From: Eledone cirrhosa | Lineage: Eukaryota | Direction: 5' to 3' | DNA: 64,000 bases | NCBI GenBank assembly: GCA_964016885.1 | Contig: OZ024741.1 | Span: 340,938,001-341,002,000 of the forward strand | Shown: one piece after another, positions 23,918-37,665 of the stretch | How the letters are laid out: the number at the start of each line of letters is the position of its first letter | Numbering within the stretch: position 1 is the first letter of the stretch | Program-made: the position numbers and the translations under genes | The notes under the pieces: model-generated | What the model saw: only the letters and a program-made list of their open reading frames with translations | The model's database searches: none | What the model was told of the DNA's origin: nothing

Positions 23918-25121
23918 GCTCAAGTATTAATGTAAGGGAGATATATAGAGAGATATAGAGAGATATAGAGAGAGAAAAAAAAAATTTAAAAATATCCAGA
24001 CATATTCGAGGCGTAGAAAACATAGAGAGATATAGAGAGAGAAAAAAAAAATTTAAAAATATCCAGACATATTCGAGGCGTAGAAAACCCTATGTTTTAA
24101 TGTATTAGTATTTATAAAACTTACACTACACTGTAAATATCAGTATTCCTGAATGAAACAAGTATTCACAATGTGTGAAAATTCATTATCTTATGTTTAG
24201 TTTTAAAAATTCACATGTCTATGTGACAGCTACAAATCTCAATGTGAATCCAACTGATTCACTCCGCAAACTCTAAGTTATCGGAAAACATTCTCAATGT
24301 GGTATAAAAATTTGAGCGTATTATTATTCTTGCGATTACTCTACAAGATTATCTATCAAGCAGAAATAGAGAGCAGATTTCAATATACTAATCGAAAATA
24401 TATATTATATTATAAACAAAGATAACAATAATAATAATAATAAGTAAAAATATATAAAAATATAGAATAGAAAACTAACAAAATATTACGAAAGAATATT
24501 ACATAATAAAAATATTGCATATTAAAAATACTACGTATTAAAAAATATTACGTATTAAAGATTTACATATAAAAATTTACATATAAAAATATACATATAA
24601 AAATTTACATATAAAAATTTACATATAAAAATATATAAAAATATTAAAAAAATAAAATTAAAATAAAAATATTATAGAATACTACAATACTAAAAGAATA
24701 AAAGTAAAAATAAAAATAAAAATAAAAATAAAAATGAAAATAAAAATAAAAATAAACCACAAAAAACAACCCTTCAAAGTTAATTGACAATATATTGCCA
24801 AGTTCACTACAAGACAAAGCAAAAATTATCTATCAAATCACATCTAGCAAAGAATATCGTAAAAAGATTATGATGTCCAATAATGTCTACATATGTTCCT
24901 ATGTTTAATATAGAAGTTTATCTAGTGTAAGGTTAATTCAAAAAATTTTTGGAGCATCGGCTTTTAGGGTAGCTTAATTTTTCATGAGGAATGTTTAGAT
25001 AAAAATAAAAATAAATAAAATAAAATAAACAATAAAAAGAGTAAAACAAGGGAATCAAAGATTTAGGAATCAAAAGATTTATCGGCTAGTTCTCATATAA
25101 ATATAAATCAAACTAAATATA

Positions 25122-26819
25122 CTACATTTTAAATTTAAATTTATATTTAAACGTTGAGTTTAATCTATGTTTGCAACAACTGAATAAATTTGTCCGTAGG
25201 TTAAGGGAGTTTTTAGATTTTAGTATAAAGAATATCTCCTCTGTGCAGAGGTCACATGTCTCAGAGGATGAATTAAAAGGAATCCCTCTTGAAACTATAT
25301 TCCAAGCCGTCGAATATCTAACGTTATCTAGCTTAAGTTGCCAGAGTACCCCTGATAGTGCTGTTGAAGATTTTTTATTTGGATCTGTGAAAGAATTCTT
25401 GTGGTTATTATAGCGAAGTTTAAATTCCGTCGATGTGGAACCGACGTAGTTAAAAGAATTAGAGTCAGTATTAACATTACAATTGTATACTATATTTTTA
25501 ACTAAGCAGTTGTTATTTAACGGACATTTAGATCTATCTCTACAGTTACATTTGTTAACTTGTATATTATTTATGCTATTATCAGTAGGTTTTAAGTTCC
25601 TATTATTTATTCTATTAATATTTTGTGCTAAATTTTTGGTGGATGAGTAGGTTAATTTAATTGTATGCCTATTGAAGATTGAGTGATACCTATGTGTTCT
25701 AGGGAAGCGATTATCAAGAGCTTTGAAAAATAATTTAGCGATGTGGGTTTTAATGTTTAGTGAGAAAGGGGGGGGGGGGGCAAACCAAATTATGTTCCTA
25801 GTTCTATTTCTTTTTTGTCCTTTGGAATTATTGTAATGCTTTCTATTATAGTTGTTAATGTTGTTGCCGTAATTAAAAAAGTTGTTACTTTGTTTAGTTT
25901 GTCTATCATTATCTATGTATACAATCTTATCAGCATACCCTGCCCTAGCTAGTGCATCATTATAGTATTGGGCCTTTTCGTCAAAAATCTTTCTATTCGA
26001 CGAGATCCTAGAGATACGTTTTTGGACTGAGTTTACTATAGTGTTTTTGACAGATCTGGGGTGGTTAGAGTTAAAGTTGACATAGTTTAAGTTTTCATTC
26101 AACTTGTGAAAAGGATAGTGGAGACATGTGTTGAGATTTAATGTTATATCTAGGAAATTGACTATTCTATGGTTGTTCTCAATTTCTATTTTAAGGTTAA
26201 AGTAATTAAAAAATTTTGTAATTTGTTTACATTTTCTATTTAGTTCAGGGTTATTATTATTAATAAGTAAAAGCATGTCATCCCTATATAAACCTCCGGT
26301 AGTACCAGGTATTTTCCTATGTAGCGAATTGATTAAAAATAAGCCCACAAGGTCAGTTACCTGAGCTGAGTCGGAAGATCCCATAGTTATGTCAAAATTG
26401 CTATCTCTATCTGCTCTAGTCCATAATTTGTCATTAAATTCTATCAGAGTTTTCCTAGCCGATAATATAATATGCATTTCTTTGCTAGTTAGGTCCGTAT
26501 GTTTGAATGCGTAATTTAGTGCCCTATTTAGTAGACTAGGGGTAATAGAAGAATAATAGTTAGCTATATCAAGTTGAATAAACCTATTATTATTGTCATA
26601 TTTAATTTGCCTAAACCACTCAACAACCTCTCCAGTTCCCTTCCACAAGCTCAGGTTAGATACACAATCCAAGTTCTTAATTTGCAGTATCACCCTGTCA
26701 AGAATGCTTTTACTTAATTTTCCCAGGTCCGATTTTGAAGGTGCGATCAATCTCACTGGCAGGTCATTTTCAAAATTGCTCTTGTGGTCCTTCATATTGA
26801 TCTTCGGTTTCCTGGGCAC
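25122..26819 (-). CDS. PLE reverse transcriptase + GIY-YIG endonuclease (uninterrupted frame, N-terminally truncated, no native ATG)
   Basis: KDHKSNF..P.RLIAP.KSDLGK, LDIANYY, FDITMG, GLYRDD, WFAPPPPFS, CNCRDRSKCPLNNNC, IVY..YVG, CDLC..E, CKH. Confidence 0.9.
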   Translation of the reverse strand: MPRKPKINMKDHKSNFENDLPVRLIAPSKSDLGKLSKSILDRVILQIKNLDCVSNLSLWKGTGEVVEWFRQIKYDNNNRFIQLDIANYYSSITPSLLNRALNYAFKHTDLTSKEMHIILSARKTLIEFNDKLWTRADRDSNFDITMGSSDSAQVTDLVGLFLINSLHRKIPGTTGGLYRDDMLLLINNNNPELNRKCKQITKFFNYFNLKIEIENNHRIVNFLDITLNLNTCLHYPFHKLNENLNYVNFNSNHPRSVKNTIVNSVQKRISRISSNRKIFDEKAQYYNDALARAGYADKIVYIDNDRQTKQSNNFFNYGNNINNYNRKHYNNSKGQKRNRTRNIIWFAPPPPFSLNIKTHIAKLFFKALDNRFPRTHRYHSIFNRHTIKLTYSSTKNLAQNINRINNRNLKPTDNSINNIQVNKCNCRDRSKCPLNNNCLVKNIVYNCNVNTDSNSFNYVGSTSTEFKLRYNNHKNSFTDPNKKSSTALSGVLWQLKLDNVRYSTAWNIVSRGIPFNSSSETCDLCTEEIFFILKSKNSLNLRTNLFSCCKHRLNSTFKYKFKFKM

Positions 26820-27612
26820 GAAAGGTGGTTTATTTTTATTTTTATTTTTATTTTCATTTTTATTTTTATTTTTATTTTTATTTTTATTTTTACTTTTATT
26901 CTTTTAGTATTGTAGTATTCTATAATATTTTTATTTTAATTTTATTTTTTTAATATTTTTATATATTTTTATATGTAAATTTTTATATGTAAATTTTTAT
27001 ATGTATATTTTTATATGTAAATTTTTATATGTAAATCTTTAATACGTAATATTTTTTAATACGTAGTATTTTTAATATGCAATATTTTTATTATGTAATA
27101 TTCTTTCGTAATATTTTGTTAGTTTTCTATTCTATATTTTTATATATTTTTACTTATTATTATTATTATTGTTATCTTTGTTTATAATATAATATATATT
27201 TTCGATTAGTATATTGAAATCTGCTCTCTATTTCTGCTTGATAGATAATCTTGTAGAGTAATCGCAAGAATAATAATACGCTCAAATTTTTATACCACAT
27301 TGAGAATGTTTTCCGATAACTTAGAGTTTGCGGAGTGAATCAGTTGGATTCACATTGAGATTTGTAGCTGTCACATAGACATGTGAATTTTTAAAACTAA
27401 ACATAAGATAATGAATTTTCACACATTGTGAATACTTGTTTCATTCAGGAATACTGATATTTACAGTGTAGTGTAAGTTTTATAAATACTAATACATTAA
27501 AACATAGGGTTTTCTACGCCTCGAATATGTCTGGATATTTTTAAATTTTTTTTTTCTCTCTCTATATCTCTCTATATCTCTCTATATATCTCCCTTACAT
27601 TAATACTTGAGC

Positions 27613-27647
<35 letters not shown>

Positions 27648-28013
27648 ATGTATCATTGATACACTTACTCAAAATGACCTACCACTACCTAATTTTCTAT
27701 ATATATATATGTATCTATCTCTATTTCCTCTCTCTCTCTATATATATATATATATATCTTTCTGTCTCTTTACATGAAGCTCTTCACTTTATCTATTTTT
27801 CCATCTCTCTATTTTGTTCCATGCATTTCTTCTTTTTCTTTTTCTTCTTTTTCTTCCTTTTCTTCGTTTTGTCTTTCTTTCTTTCGTTTTTCCCTCTTTT
27901 CTTTCTCTCTTTCTTTCTCTCTGTATTTTCACTGCTAGCGTAAACCTCTTCAAATGAAGTTGAAGTTTATTACGGTATGTCGAATATATTTATCTATAAA
28001 ACTGTTTATATTG

Positions 28014-28079
28014 TATTTTGTCTGATGAAGGCATAGCATATTGTTAATATGATATCCCCGAAATATATATAATGAAATA
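28014..28079 (+). ncRNA. Hammerhead ribozyme in PLE-2 inverted arm
   Basis: Same motif on the plus strand. Confidence 0.78.
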
Positions 28080-28212
28080 AATATGGTTTTATAAATATAG
28101 TTTTCCATTTATTTAATATTGCAAATATACTCCAAATATTTGTCGAGTGCTTTTATATCAGTTATAAATATTTACTAGTTGTAACCCAACAATTTTAAAT
28201 ATAACTTTACAT

Positions 28213-28786
<574 letters not shown>

Positions 28787-28982
28787 ATTTAGCAAACATC
28801 ACGAGCGCTCTATCTCAAAATTATTTTTGAAAAGTATTAGAAATACGCAACCGGTCAAAACTTAAAACTAAAACTGAATACTAACCAATACTTATTACTA
28901 ATTTATACTTATTCCTAATTAAACTAATTTTCACTGGGAAAAATTTGTCACCATTTTCTTTTCCTTTTACTAATATATATAT

Positions 28983-29033
<51 letters not shown>

Positions 29034-29043
29034 ATATATATAT

Positions 29044-29257
29044 TATAAAGTGAGGTTTTTTTACAATATGAAAAATAACCGAGGTATCGTACACGAGTGA
29101 AAGTATAAAGAAAAAAAGATGAAATCGAAAATGCAACTGGAGTCTTATTTAAAAAAAAATATATATATTTATTTGGTTCCTTTACCGGTTTCGCAGTTCT
29201 TCTGCTTTTCAAAAGTAGAGTTGAGATGGAGGGTCTGTGGTTTTTCTCACATCTGTG

Positions 29258-29299
<42 letters not shown>

Positions 29300-29343
29300 A
29301 ATAAGACTCTAGTTGCATTTTCGATTTCATCTTATTTTCTTTA
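29044..29343 (-). mobile_element. Family X copy 2 (long terminus, 29044-29257) plus inverted short-terminus fragment (29297-29343)
   Basis: 29297-29343 is the reverse complement of about 29104-29153. Confidence 0.8.
29180..29215 (-). ncRNA. Variant minimal hammerhead (U3-A8 core)
   Basis: Minus strand: CTT TTGAAAA GCAG AAGAA CTGC GAAA CCGG TA AAG. Confidence 0.6.
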
Positions 29344-29347
29344 TATA

Positions 29348-29394
<47 letters not shown>

Positions 29395-29398
<4 letters not shown>

Positions 29399-29663
29399 GT
29401 AGACATTACAATACAACGGGAAGAAACATAATAGTACCACTGATGATGTCACAGATGTGTGACGAAAGAACTTTGATAGACATATATATATTTATATCTG
29501 TATTTTTAACCGTTGGTCAATCAATGATAAACATTGATTGTCAGATAAACTAACTATGGAGATATAAAATATACAGAATTGAAAACCAATACAAACCAAA
29601 CTGAGTGTGTTTTATTATTATTTCTGGCAACGTTATAACAATATAACCCTCCCCAAATATAAC

Positions 29664-29668
<5 letters not shown>
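29395..29668 (+). mobile_element. Short PLE pLTR fragment with hammerhead (29436-29477), related to the 1451-2761 family
   Basis: CTGATGA TGTCACA GATG TGTGAC GAAA GAAC TT TGAT; 3' terminus CCCTCCCCAAATATAACA resembles CCCAAAGTATAACA; second copy at 47426-47674. Confidence 0.75.
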
Positions 29669-29731
<63 letters not shown>

Positions 29732-29837
29732 TCAAAAGAAATAAAAATAAAAAGGATTGAAGGAAGCAGTCGGTGACATGTTTCTCTAATCTCTTCGTTT
29801 CGTTTCTTCCGTTCTGGCTTCCTCTTCAGTATTTGTT

Positions 29838-29839
29838 AT

Positions 29840-29911
<72 letters not shown>

Positions 29912-29992
29912 AGTGAGAGTGTGTGTGTGAGAGTGAGAGTGTGTGTGAGAGATTGTGTGTGTGTGTGTTTATGTGTGTATTTGTGTGTGTGT
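29838..29992. repeat. (TG)n/(GA) microsatellite
   Basis: Direct reading. Confidence 0.95.
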
Positions 29993-30239
29993 AGTGGTAA
30001 TATGAAGGGCCCTCTAGAAAGAAGTAGGTAGGTGTACGGCTGAGAAGGTCTGATAACGATGTATCTGTATCTGTCCCTTTCTCTTGTACAGATCACGTGT
30101 CGGCATCTGTCTAAATTGTCATTCACGGCTTCTAGGATGGCTCAATTCTAGGATCATCTCAAAGAACATCCTACATTGTACAATCCTTAAATAATAACCA
30201 AAGAAATAAAGACAAATTGGATAATGTTGTCCTAGATAC

Positions 30240-30912
30240 AATATGTTGGAAAGAAAAGAGTGGCTGCTCGCTCAGCTCTTGAACCTCATTCATCAGAGAT
30301 CTTCACATTCTGACGAAGATCGAGTTATATAACACCACCTCTACTAACTCTTATAACAGGTAGGGCAACCTTTTCGACCCTACAACTTTCACTGAACCCT
30401 ACAAGCTCTAGCTCCAATACTAGATCTCTTGTGTTAATATCAGATTGCAGTTTTTGTTCGGTTGTTCCACCAGAATTTCTTATTTTTAGAGGTGTGGAGA
30501 CCTATTGGTTCTAGTATGTACTTGGTATGCTCTGCCCTCCCCCACCAGGACAATCTTTCCTGAAGAGTAAAGTTACTAGGTAAAGAGCATAGCTCGGAGA
30601 TCAGAGAGTCGCTTCAGACATAACTGCTATTTCTCCGAATTGAGAGATCACAGCTTCGACAATACTATGGACATGTGGTTAGAATGTCTCAAGAAAGAAT
30701 CGCTGGACAGATTTTACTGGCAAAATCAACCGGCAGGATATCCAGGGGTAGAATCCGAGCAAGTGGGTTGAATTACATCCATGCGCTCAGCTGGTCTCGT
30801 TTGGGATCCAGCCGGATCAATTGGAGACGGTTGCTTCTGACATGACCCGCTGGAACGTGTGCTTGTAGACTCTGCCCCACGACCCTCCCAGGAGTAAGTG
30901 GGTGAAGAAGAT
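30240..30912 (+). mobile_element. Degenerate non-LTR retrotransposon (RTE-like) 3' part
   Basis: Broken frames with GHV.R, QILLAKSTGR..RGR....W and D...W motifs. Confidence 0.5.
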
Positions 30913-31404
30913 ATCGTATCTTAAGGGGAGGTAATTAGTAGCATGCAAACATTTTTGGACAGTTTCTGTTTTGAGTGATATCTTTCATACTGGTATGACA
31001 CAATCGATGTTTCCTTTCACAACATAGACAGTTTGAAGGTATCCTTATCACTCCAGGGATTTAGTAGCTATCTACAGTTCTTGGACAACGAAGGTTTGGA
31101 TTATATGCTCAGCCTCTTGCACGTAAAATTCACAAGCAGGTTGTTTCCTTGCTCAAATAACTGGAACACATGCCGCAGTCGGATCCGATGAAAGGCGACC
31201 CCCCACCCCCCACACACACACGTCGCACACACGTGTGTGCGAGTATTTATGTATGGGTATTTGTATGTTGATGTACGTGAAAAAACAAGTGAAATATTAT
31301 AGCTCACACCTATGTAGGTTTAGCTGACCTCCTACCAGGTTGTGTCACAAAGGATTTTCTGGTGTTTCAATATGGATCGCAGTCATATCTTGAAAAGCAA
31401 TGTG

Positions 31405-31514
31405 GAATAGAGTGCATTGCTTAAGAATACAACGCACCGGACGTTCTAGGAATCGAACTGACGACAATATGATCATGAGTCCAACACCCTAACTACTAGG
31501 CCACGCACTTTCAC
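31405..31514 (-). mobile_element. tRNA-derived SINE family B head
   Basis: Minus strand A box GTGGCCTAGTAGTTAG and B box GTTCGATTCC; similar to 44410-44526 and 38255-38343. Confidence 0.65.
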
Positions 31515-32329
31515 AATGTGCATACATGTTATTTGTCTAATGTGTTAGGAATGTTATAAAGTAAAGGAGGTAGTTGCATCAGTAGTTAGTTATACTTCTA
31601 GGTGTCGCCAATTTCGTAACTATCTGTTTGGCAGTGGATAAGATTATGTTTATGCACGTGAAAGGAAACAGGGTGCGAGTAATCTCTCCCAACCCCCCAA
31701 CCCCATACAGACACACACATCTCACTTATATCACTGTATTTTGACAGGCATATACAAGAGTGTATCTATGAAGTCTACACATAAACATGGAGATTGGGCG
31801 AGGTTTTATATATATATATATATATTATCATGGATGAACATATGTGCGAGGCTGTTATTCAATATTGTTTTGACTGAACATTGGAGATTATCACGTGACA
31901 GGAGGAGAATGTATGTTTATAACAAATCTACTCTCCATCTCTAGTGATTTTGTCACGTGATGAATATACCAGGTCTATAGAAAATCTGAAACTCGGCTGC
32001 TTCCTTATTACATCCACTCAGTAACTTCACTGTTGATATGTATAAAATATAGAATACGTCGTGTCATATGTTGTTGGATGTGTTCATGCTTCAGTTCTTG
32101 CTTTTGTCCCGTAACCTAGTAGTTCGACAAATCGAGATCGATAAAATAATAGACAGAAATAAGTACAGGGATGGATATAATCGCCGAAACTCTTTAACAC
32201 TGTCGAATAACTGAAATGAAATCAGTGGAAGATCTGTTTCGTATTTATTATTGTTCATTTTCTCTCTAGATTGTATATGTATGGAACTAAAATATCACCG
32301 CATCTCATCATCCTTAAACACGAATAGCA

Positions 32330-32572
32330 CGCAATTAGAAGTCTCCGTGTTCGCTCCATTAAGGATCTCTCATTGTGAAGGCTCATCTTAAACATAGCTA
32401 GAACTGTATCTAAAAGACTAGCTCTTATCTTCAGCCCATAACAACGGCTGATTTTTTACAAAGCTCTGAAAAGACCCACAGTGAAGTAATGCTCTGACAT
32501 TTGGGACAGTGTAGCTGCCACACCCACAAATGTCCTAGACCACATCCAGAAAAAGATTACTCGCCTGGTCGG
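32330..32572 (+). mobile_element. Degenerate CR1/L2/Jockey-group LINE RT C-terminal remnant
   Basis: Translates LIFYKALKRPTVK*CSDIW...LDHIQKKITRLV, matching LYK..IRP..EYC..W...L..IQ. Confidence 0.55.
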
Positions 32573-32577
32573 CATTT

Positions 32578-33048
32578 TACGGGGTCAATAAAATAAAGTA
32601 CCAGTAATGTACTGGGTAATTGCTGGCCTTGTGCCTAAAATAGAAACAATTATTAAGGAGAGCGTCAGACAACATGCTTTGTGGCATATAGTTACGTTCC
32701 ATTATGTTCTGAGTTTAAATCCTGCTAGGGTTACCTTTGCTTGTCATCCTTACGGGGGTCGATAAGATAAAATACCAGTAATGCGCTGGGGCCTATTTTA
32801 TCGACTTATCCTTCCTCCATAAATGGTTGGCCTTGTGCCTAAATCAGAAACCATTATAAGAAAATTGGCAGTATCGGTAGAGGGTCGGACGCCATGCTTT
32901 GACGCATAGAGTTACGGCCCTTGCCATTCTGAGTTCAAATCCCGCCGATGTTGACTTTGCTTTCATCCTTATGGGGTCGATAAAATAAAGTACCACTAAT
33001 GTACTGGGTAATTGCTGGCCTTGGGCCAAAAAGTAGAAACAATTATTA
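32578..33048 (+). mobile_element. Tandem cluster of three SINE family A copies
   Basis: Repeated A box TGGCAGTATCGG, B box GAGTT(C/T)AAATCC and GGGGTCGATAAAATAAAGTACCA...GGCCTTGTGCC..AAGTAGAAAC body. Confidence 0.85.
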
Positions 33049-33691
33049 AGAAGCTGCTCTTGTTCAGGTTTTCCCTGTGTCTGAAGAGAAGCAAACCGAG
33101 TACGACTGGGTGAAGAATTTACTAAGAGAATCAGCAATACTAGCTGCACTCCATTTGTGGGTTTGATGAAAACATTTAATTTAATTTACAGCTTGCACTT
33201 ATGTAAATTCAGCTGGTTCCCTACGGAGTAGGTTTCTCGGGTGTTTAATGATAGTGTCCAGTCTTGTTACAGTTGTCACAGCTCCCACATATATAAGTTT
33301 AGCAGGCCACCAGGGCTCTACCAAAATCGAGAGTTTGGTTTATTGATGATCGATTGCTTAGATCGATTTTCACTCCGGTTTTACGAACTATGAAACGACG
33401 GCCGTAAAGAAAATAACTTTTCCACCTTAAAGTATATACTGTTTCACAAACATTATATGCTTTTTACATATATATGTAGAAAATATTGTTTCTCTAATGA
33501 TATATGGCTATATACATATATGTCTTTATTTGAATTATTGATGCTCTGGAAAACGTCCATTGACCTTTTCTACTGAGAAACATATTCATCATACATATGT
33601 GTGTTATAATACTTTACATTAGTATACATATATATGTGTGTGTGTTTGTGTGTGTATATACATATACATATATATATATATATATATACAT

Positions 33692-33809
33692 ATATAAGAA
33701 AAAGAAATCAAAAATGCAGCTGGAGTCTTTTGAGAATATTTATTTATTTCCTTTACCGGTTTCACAGTTCTTATGCTTTTCAAAAGTAAAATTGAGACGG
33801 AGGGTCTGT

Positions 33810-33810
<1 letters not shown>
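33692..33810 (-). mobile_element. Family X copy 3 (short terminus)
   Basis: Homology to 29104-29240. Confidence 0.75.
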
Positions 33811-33855
<45 letters not shown>

Positions 33856-33884
33856 GCTCTCTCTCTCTCTCTCTCTCTCTCTCT

Positions 33885-33921
<37 letters not shown>

Positions 33922-33946
33922 TCTCCCTCTCTCTCTCTCTCTCTCT

Positions 33947-33972
<26 letters not shown>
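33811..33972. repeat. (CT)n then (TA)n microsatellite
   Basis: Direct reading. Confidence 0.95.
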
Positions 33973-33978
<6 letters not shown>

Positions 33979-34694
33979 TTTGCTTTTATTATGAAAAGTT
34001 GCCACAATCCAATAGTCAGTTAAACTACACCTGGAGGCGGTGAAAAGGTGAACAAAGACACCTTACACCAGCTGTATAGTTGTTTTTCGCAGTCGACTCC
34101 GTGACAGCTTTTCATAATATATACAAATAAATTTCAAATTTTCAAACTTAGCAAATTGCTTTGTAAACTTAGCTGTTTGTGTCCGTGTGCTCGCGCGCAA
34201 ATATTGATTTTATTGAATAAGACATGAATGATATTATTTACAAAATTCATAAAAGAAAGGAAAATTTATAAATGCCGTTTATGGTTTAGCCAAGATATAA
34301 GACATCAAACAGTTTCTTCGTCAAGTGGTATTTTCCTTCTTCCCTCAATTAATCTTTCAATATTTCACCTCTCTCCTCTCCATTCCTCTTCACTCTTCTA
34401 TTTTCAACTCCTACACTTATTCCTTCCCTGCCTCCCTGACTGTTTCACTTTATTCTCGCTTCTGTTACCTATGGCACCCACCAACATTCTCCCAAAGAAA
34501 CTAACGAAGTATATTTAAGTTAATACATACTTTAAATGCAACAAACAAACTGCAAGGAAACATTAAATTAGTCCATTCATCCATTGTTTGTATGGCTTAC
34601 CATTCGCTAAGACAGCTTCCAATACGGTTTAACACTGATAAACACTTGCCAGATCTTACGTCAAACAGACTTCGTTAAAGAACAGATTTAAAGG

Positions 34695-34940
34695 ATCATT
34701 GACGCGAAATAGATAATGACGTGGAAGAATGTGATTGGAGGCTTACATGATATCAAGAGGAAAAGATCCGGTTTGAAGTGTAATATTGTAAGTAATACAA
34801 CAATGGGGGTTGGTTCATTCACTGTTGGCCACGAGACAAGTAAGAATATGATTGGATGTCTACATAAAAAGTATAAAGAAAACGTCCGGACGGAAGTACA
34901 TTTTAAATGCAGCAATATAAAATGATTTTGATTGGTCCCA
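34695..34940. promoter_or_regulatory. Candidate promoter/enhancer motif cluster
   Basis: Three GATTGG (inverted CCAAT), TGACGT (CRE-like), CGGAAGT (ETS) and CGCGAAA (E2F-like) in apparently non-repeat DNA. Confidence 0.3.
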
Positions 34941-35181
34941 AGAAGAATATTTGAATATTCTTACTATTTCATCTCTTGCTCTCTTCACGTTTTCTCTCCT
35001 TTAGACCTGTGAGTTTGTGTATGTCTGATAAAACGTGCAAAGGCAATGAATTGGCTTCCCGTGATTGATTCTCGTCACATACGATGTGTTTTGGATACTC
35101 TTCCCAGGTCTAAAAAAATAACAACCGATTTATTCCAGAGAGAGAAGCGGGGGCAGAAACGAGAAAGAGATATAGAGGAAA

Positions 35182-35335
35182 TATCGACCCCAGTACTAGA
35201 CAGTTATTTTTTTATCGACCCGGAAAGGCTGAAAAGCAAAGTTGATCTCAGCGGGATTTGAACTCCGAGAGTACAGTGCCACAGCTTAGTTCACACTGCA
35301 TTCTATCCGACATTCTAAGGACCCTGCCAATACAC
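35182..35335 (-). mobile_element. SINE family A
   Basis: GGATTTGAACTC (B box, reverse) and TTTATCGACCCC body. Confidence 0.7.
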
Positions 35336-36126
35336 CTCCTATACTCGTCAAGTACTGGTGTTGATATAATTGACTTTCCCCATCCACCAAACAATTTCTG
35401 GACTCATGTCTAAATTAGATACCAGTATATTAAAATATTACACTTTCCAAGAGAGGTGAGTTCCTAGAATCGTTAGAGCGTCGTATAAATGCTTTACAGT
35501 ATTTAAGAACAATGTTTTATTTCATCCTTTCGGGGTCGATAAATAAAGTACTAGTCCAGAAGTGAAGGATTGGCAGAATTGTTAAGAGTCGGTCAAGATA
35601 CTTTGCAGTTTCAAATCCGGCACTGTGTCCCACCTCTTCGTGCCAAGAGTCACGATAGGTGTCAGTAATAGGAAGACCAATGGAAGCGTAGCTTCCTTGA
35701 TCCAGTCTGACAATTGGCTCCTTTCATGTCCTTTTTTTTCTTAATTACACATACATATGGAATGGACGTCCGTCGATTTCGACGACGAGTGTTCTAGCGT
35801 TTCAGAATTAACGTGCAAGTTAGTGAATATTCCACAGACATGTGAATACTTAACGTAGTTCTCATGGAGATTCAGCGGGACATACCGTGTGACAAGGCTG
35901 GACCTTTGAATTGCATGTATTGTTCATCTGGTTAGTTTCCAAACAGTTTCTGTCCCCCCAATTTCACTCAAAAGGCCCTGATAGACCTGAGGCTAGGGCA
36001 AATAACGTATGCAAGATGCCACGTAGTGGGACCGAAATAGAGATATAATAATTGAGAAGCGAACTTCTTAACCATTCAGCCAAACAGTAACCTCTCACAC
36101 ACACATGCACACACACACACACACAC

Positions 36127-36244
<118 letters not shown>

Positions 36245-36270
36245 GAGAAGAGAGAGAGAGAGAAAGAGAA

Positions 36271-36411
36271 ATCTGTAAAATCCTGACCGCGGCGCCAAGC
36301 CGAAACCGCTTGGCGCCGCGATCGGGATTTTACACACCTCTATACCCACTCTGCATCTCCCCATGTATCGAGTACTCATGCATAGTGGTCTCCTCGGTCT
36401 CAACACCGCAG

Positions 36412-36413
<2 letters not shown>
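36271..36413. mobile_element. GC-rich mini fold-back (arms 36274-36300 and 36308-36334, plus tail), distant relative of the PLE-3 3' end
   Basis: Hairpin; shares GAAAC.GCTT..TCGGG..CTAT.ACCCACTCT..GTAT.GAGTACT with the reverse complement of 40461-40585. Confidence 0.65.
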
Positions 36414-36500
<87 letters not shown>

Positions 36501-37324
36501 ACTGATTCCGAAACTGCAACAGTAATACGTGTTATTTCAGTGATGACCATGTTTGCTCTATAAAACTATGTTTGAATAATGAGCTCAATTCTATATTGCT
36601 TGACAACCTTAAGTTGAATTAAGCACATTTGTAATAACTGTGTTTTTTTTCTTCTTTCTTTCTTTCTTTAATAACACATTAACAGTAATAATGTTTAATA
36701 TAGTTAAATGAACATTTATTTTCGCTGACGTGGACCGGAAATAAAGTTACAGGAAAAGAAAAAAGACGCAATTTTGGGCTACGAAAATAATTCAGAGAGG
36801 AAAAATATCACAATTTATTTAAATCTTTCGTTTATCATATTCTAATGAAAGACACTGCCTCTGATGTTCAAATAATTCTTAATATAGTCAAGAAGAATTT
36901 GGAGGGATTTAGTAAAATAACTAAGTTTCATGCTATTAAGCTGAAGTTTGGAATAGTAACTTAACAAAGGTTCTTATATAAAATCTAGGTGGAATGCTTT
37001 TGGATAAATTTAAACATTTGAAAACAGTTTTGTATCATAGAACCAGATGCGGTTTTCAGATGGCTTCGTATCAAAAGATTTAAACATAAAAAAAAATGAC
37101 TAATGTAACCAAAGAAATGTCCTTAGTATTATCAACTGAAAATACATGACTTGAACACAATGACAATAATTTATTTGTGAGAAAAATCACATTTTATCCA
37201 ATGTCTTCAATAAAGCAATGAAGCAAAATTAAAAAACTACTACCCTTTTGACACCAATCCCTCGAAATGGTCCCGATTCTATGAAACAACGCCCCACCCT
37301 AAATTAAAAAGTTCCTCTCTAATC

Positions 37325-37665
37325 CTGTTGATACCAACCCCACCAAAAACCGGTTCTGATTATATGCAAAAAGATTAGCCACTATAAAGGGTTCCTACTT
37401 AAATTAAAACCATCCAATATAATGTTATATAAGATCAATATGTTAAGTTACTACTTTTAGAATTAAGTAATTAAAAATCTTGGTAAATCCTTCAAAATTC
37501 TTCATTAACTTCTTTGATACCAACCGGATCAAAACCTGTTCTAGTCCTATGAGTGTTCCTATTGAAATTAAAATCATCCAACATAATTTTCTATAAGAAT
37601 CATATGTTAAGTTACTATCTTAGTAAAGAAGTTTTAGTATATCCCTCAAAATTCTTCATTAATTA
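37325..37665. repeat. Diverged ~185-bp tandem duplication
   Basis: TTGATACCAACC...AAATTAAAA.CATCCAA...ATGTTAAGTTACTA...TCAAAATTCTTCATTAA occurs twice. Confidence 0.7.

Larger units (their letters stand above)
23409..28212 (-). mobile_element. PLE-2: 5'-truncated Naiad-type PLE (23409-26820) with an inverted copy of its 3' UTR (26825-28212)
   Basis: Open 565-codon RT-EN frame; 26825-28121 is nearly identical to the reverse complement of 23409-24760; (TA)n on both sides. Confidence 0.95.

Noticed and set aside
23409-28212. Interpretation as a TIR DNA transposon or MITE (also 40461-44036)
   Set aside because: Internal ORF is RT + GIY-YIG and the inverted arms are copies of the retroelement 3' UTR
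31888-31962. Paired ATCACGTGACA / TGTCACGTGAT inverted E-box motifs
   Set aside because: Too short to distinguish a regulatory site from a MITE remnant or chance
32578-33048. CRISPR-like repeat array or tRNA genes
   Set aside because: Tandem tRNA-derived SINEs with no full cloverleaf and no repeat-spacer regularity
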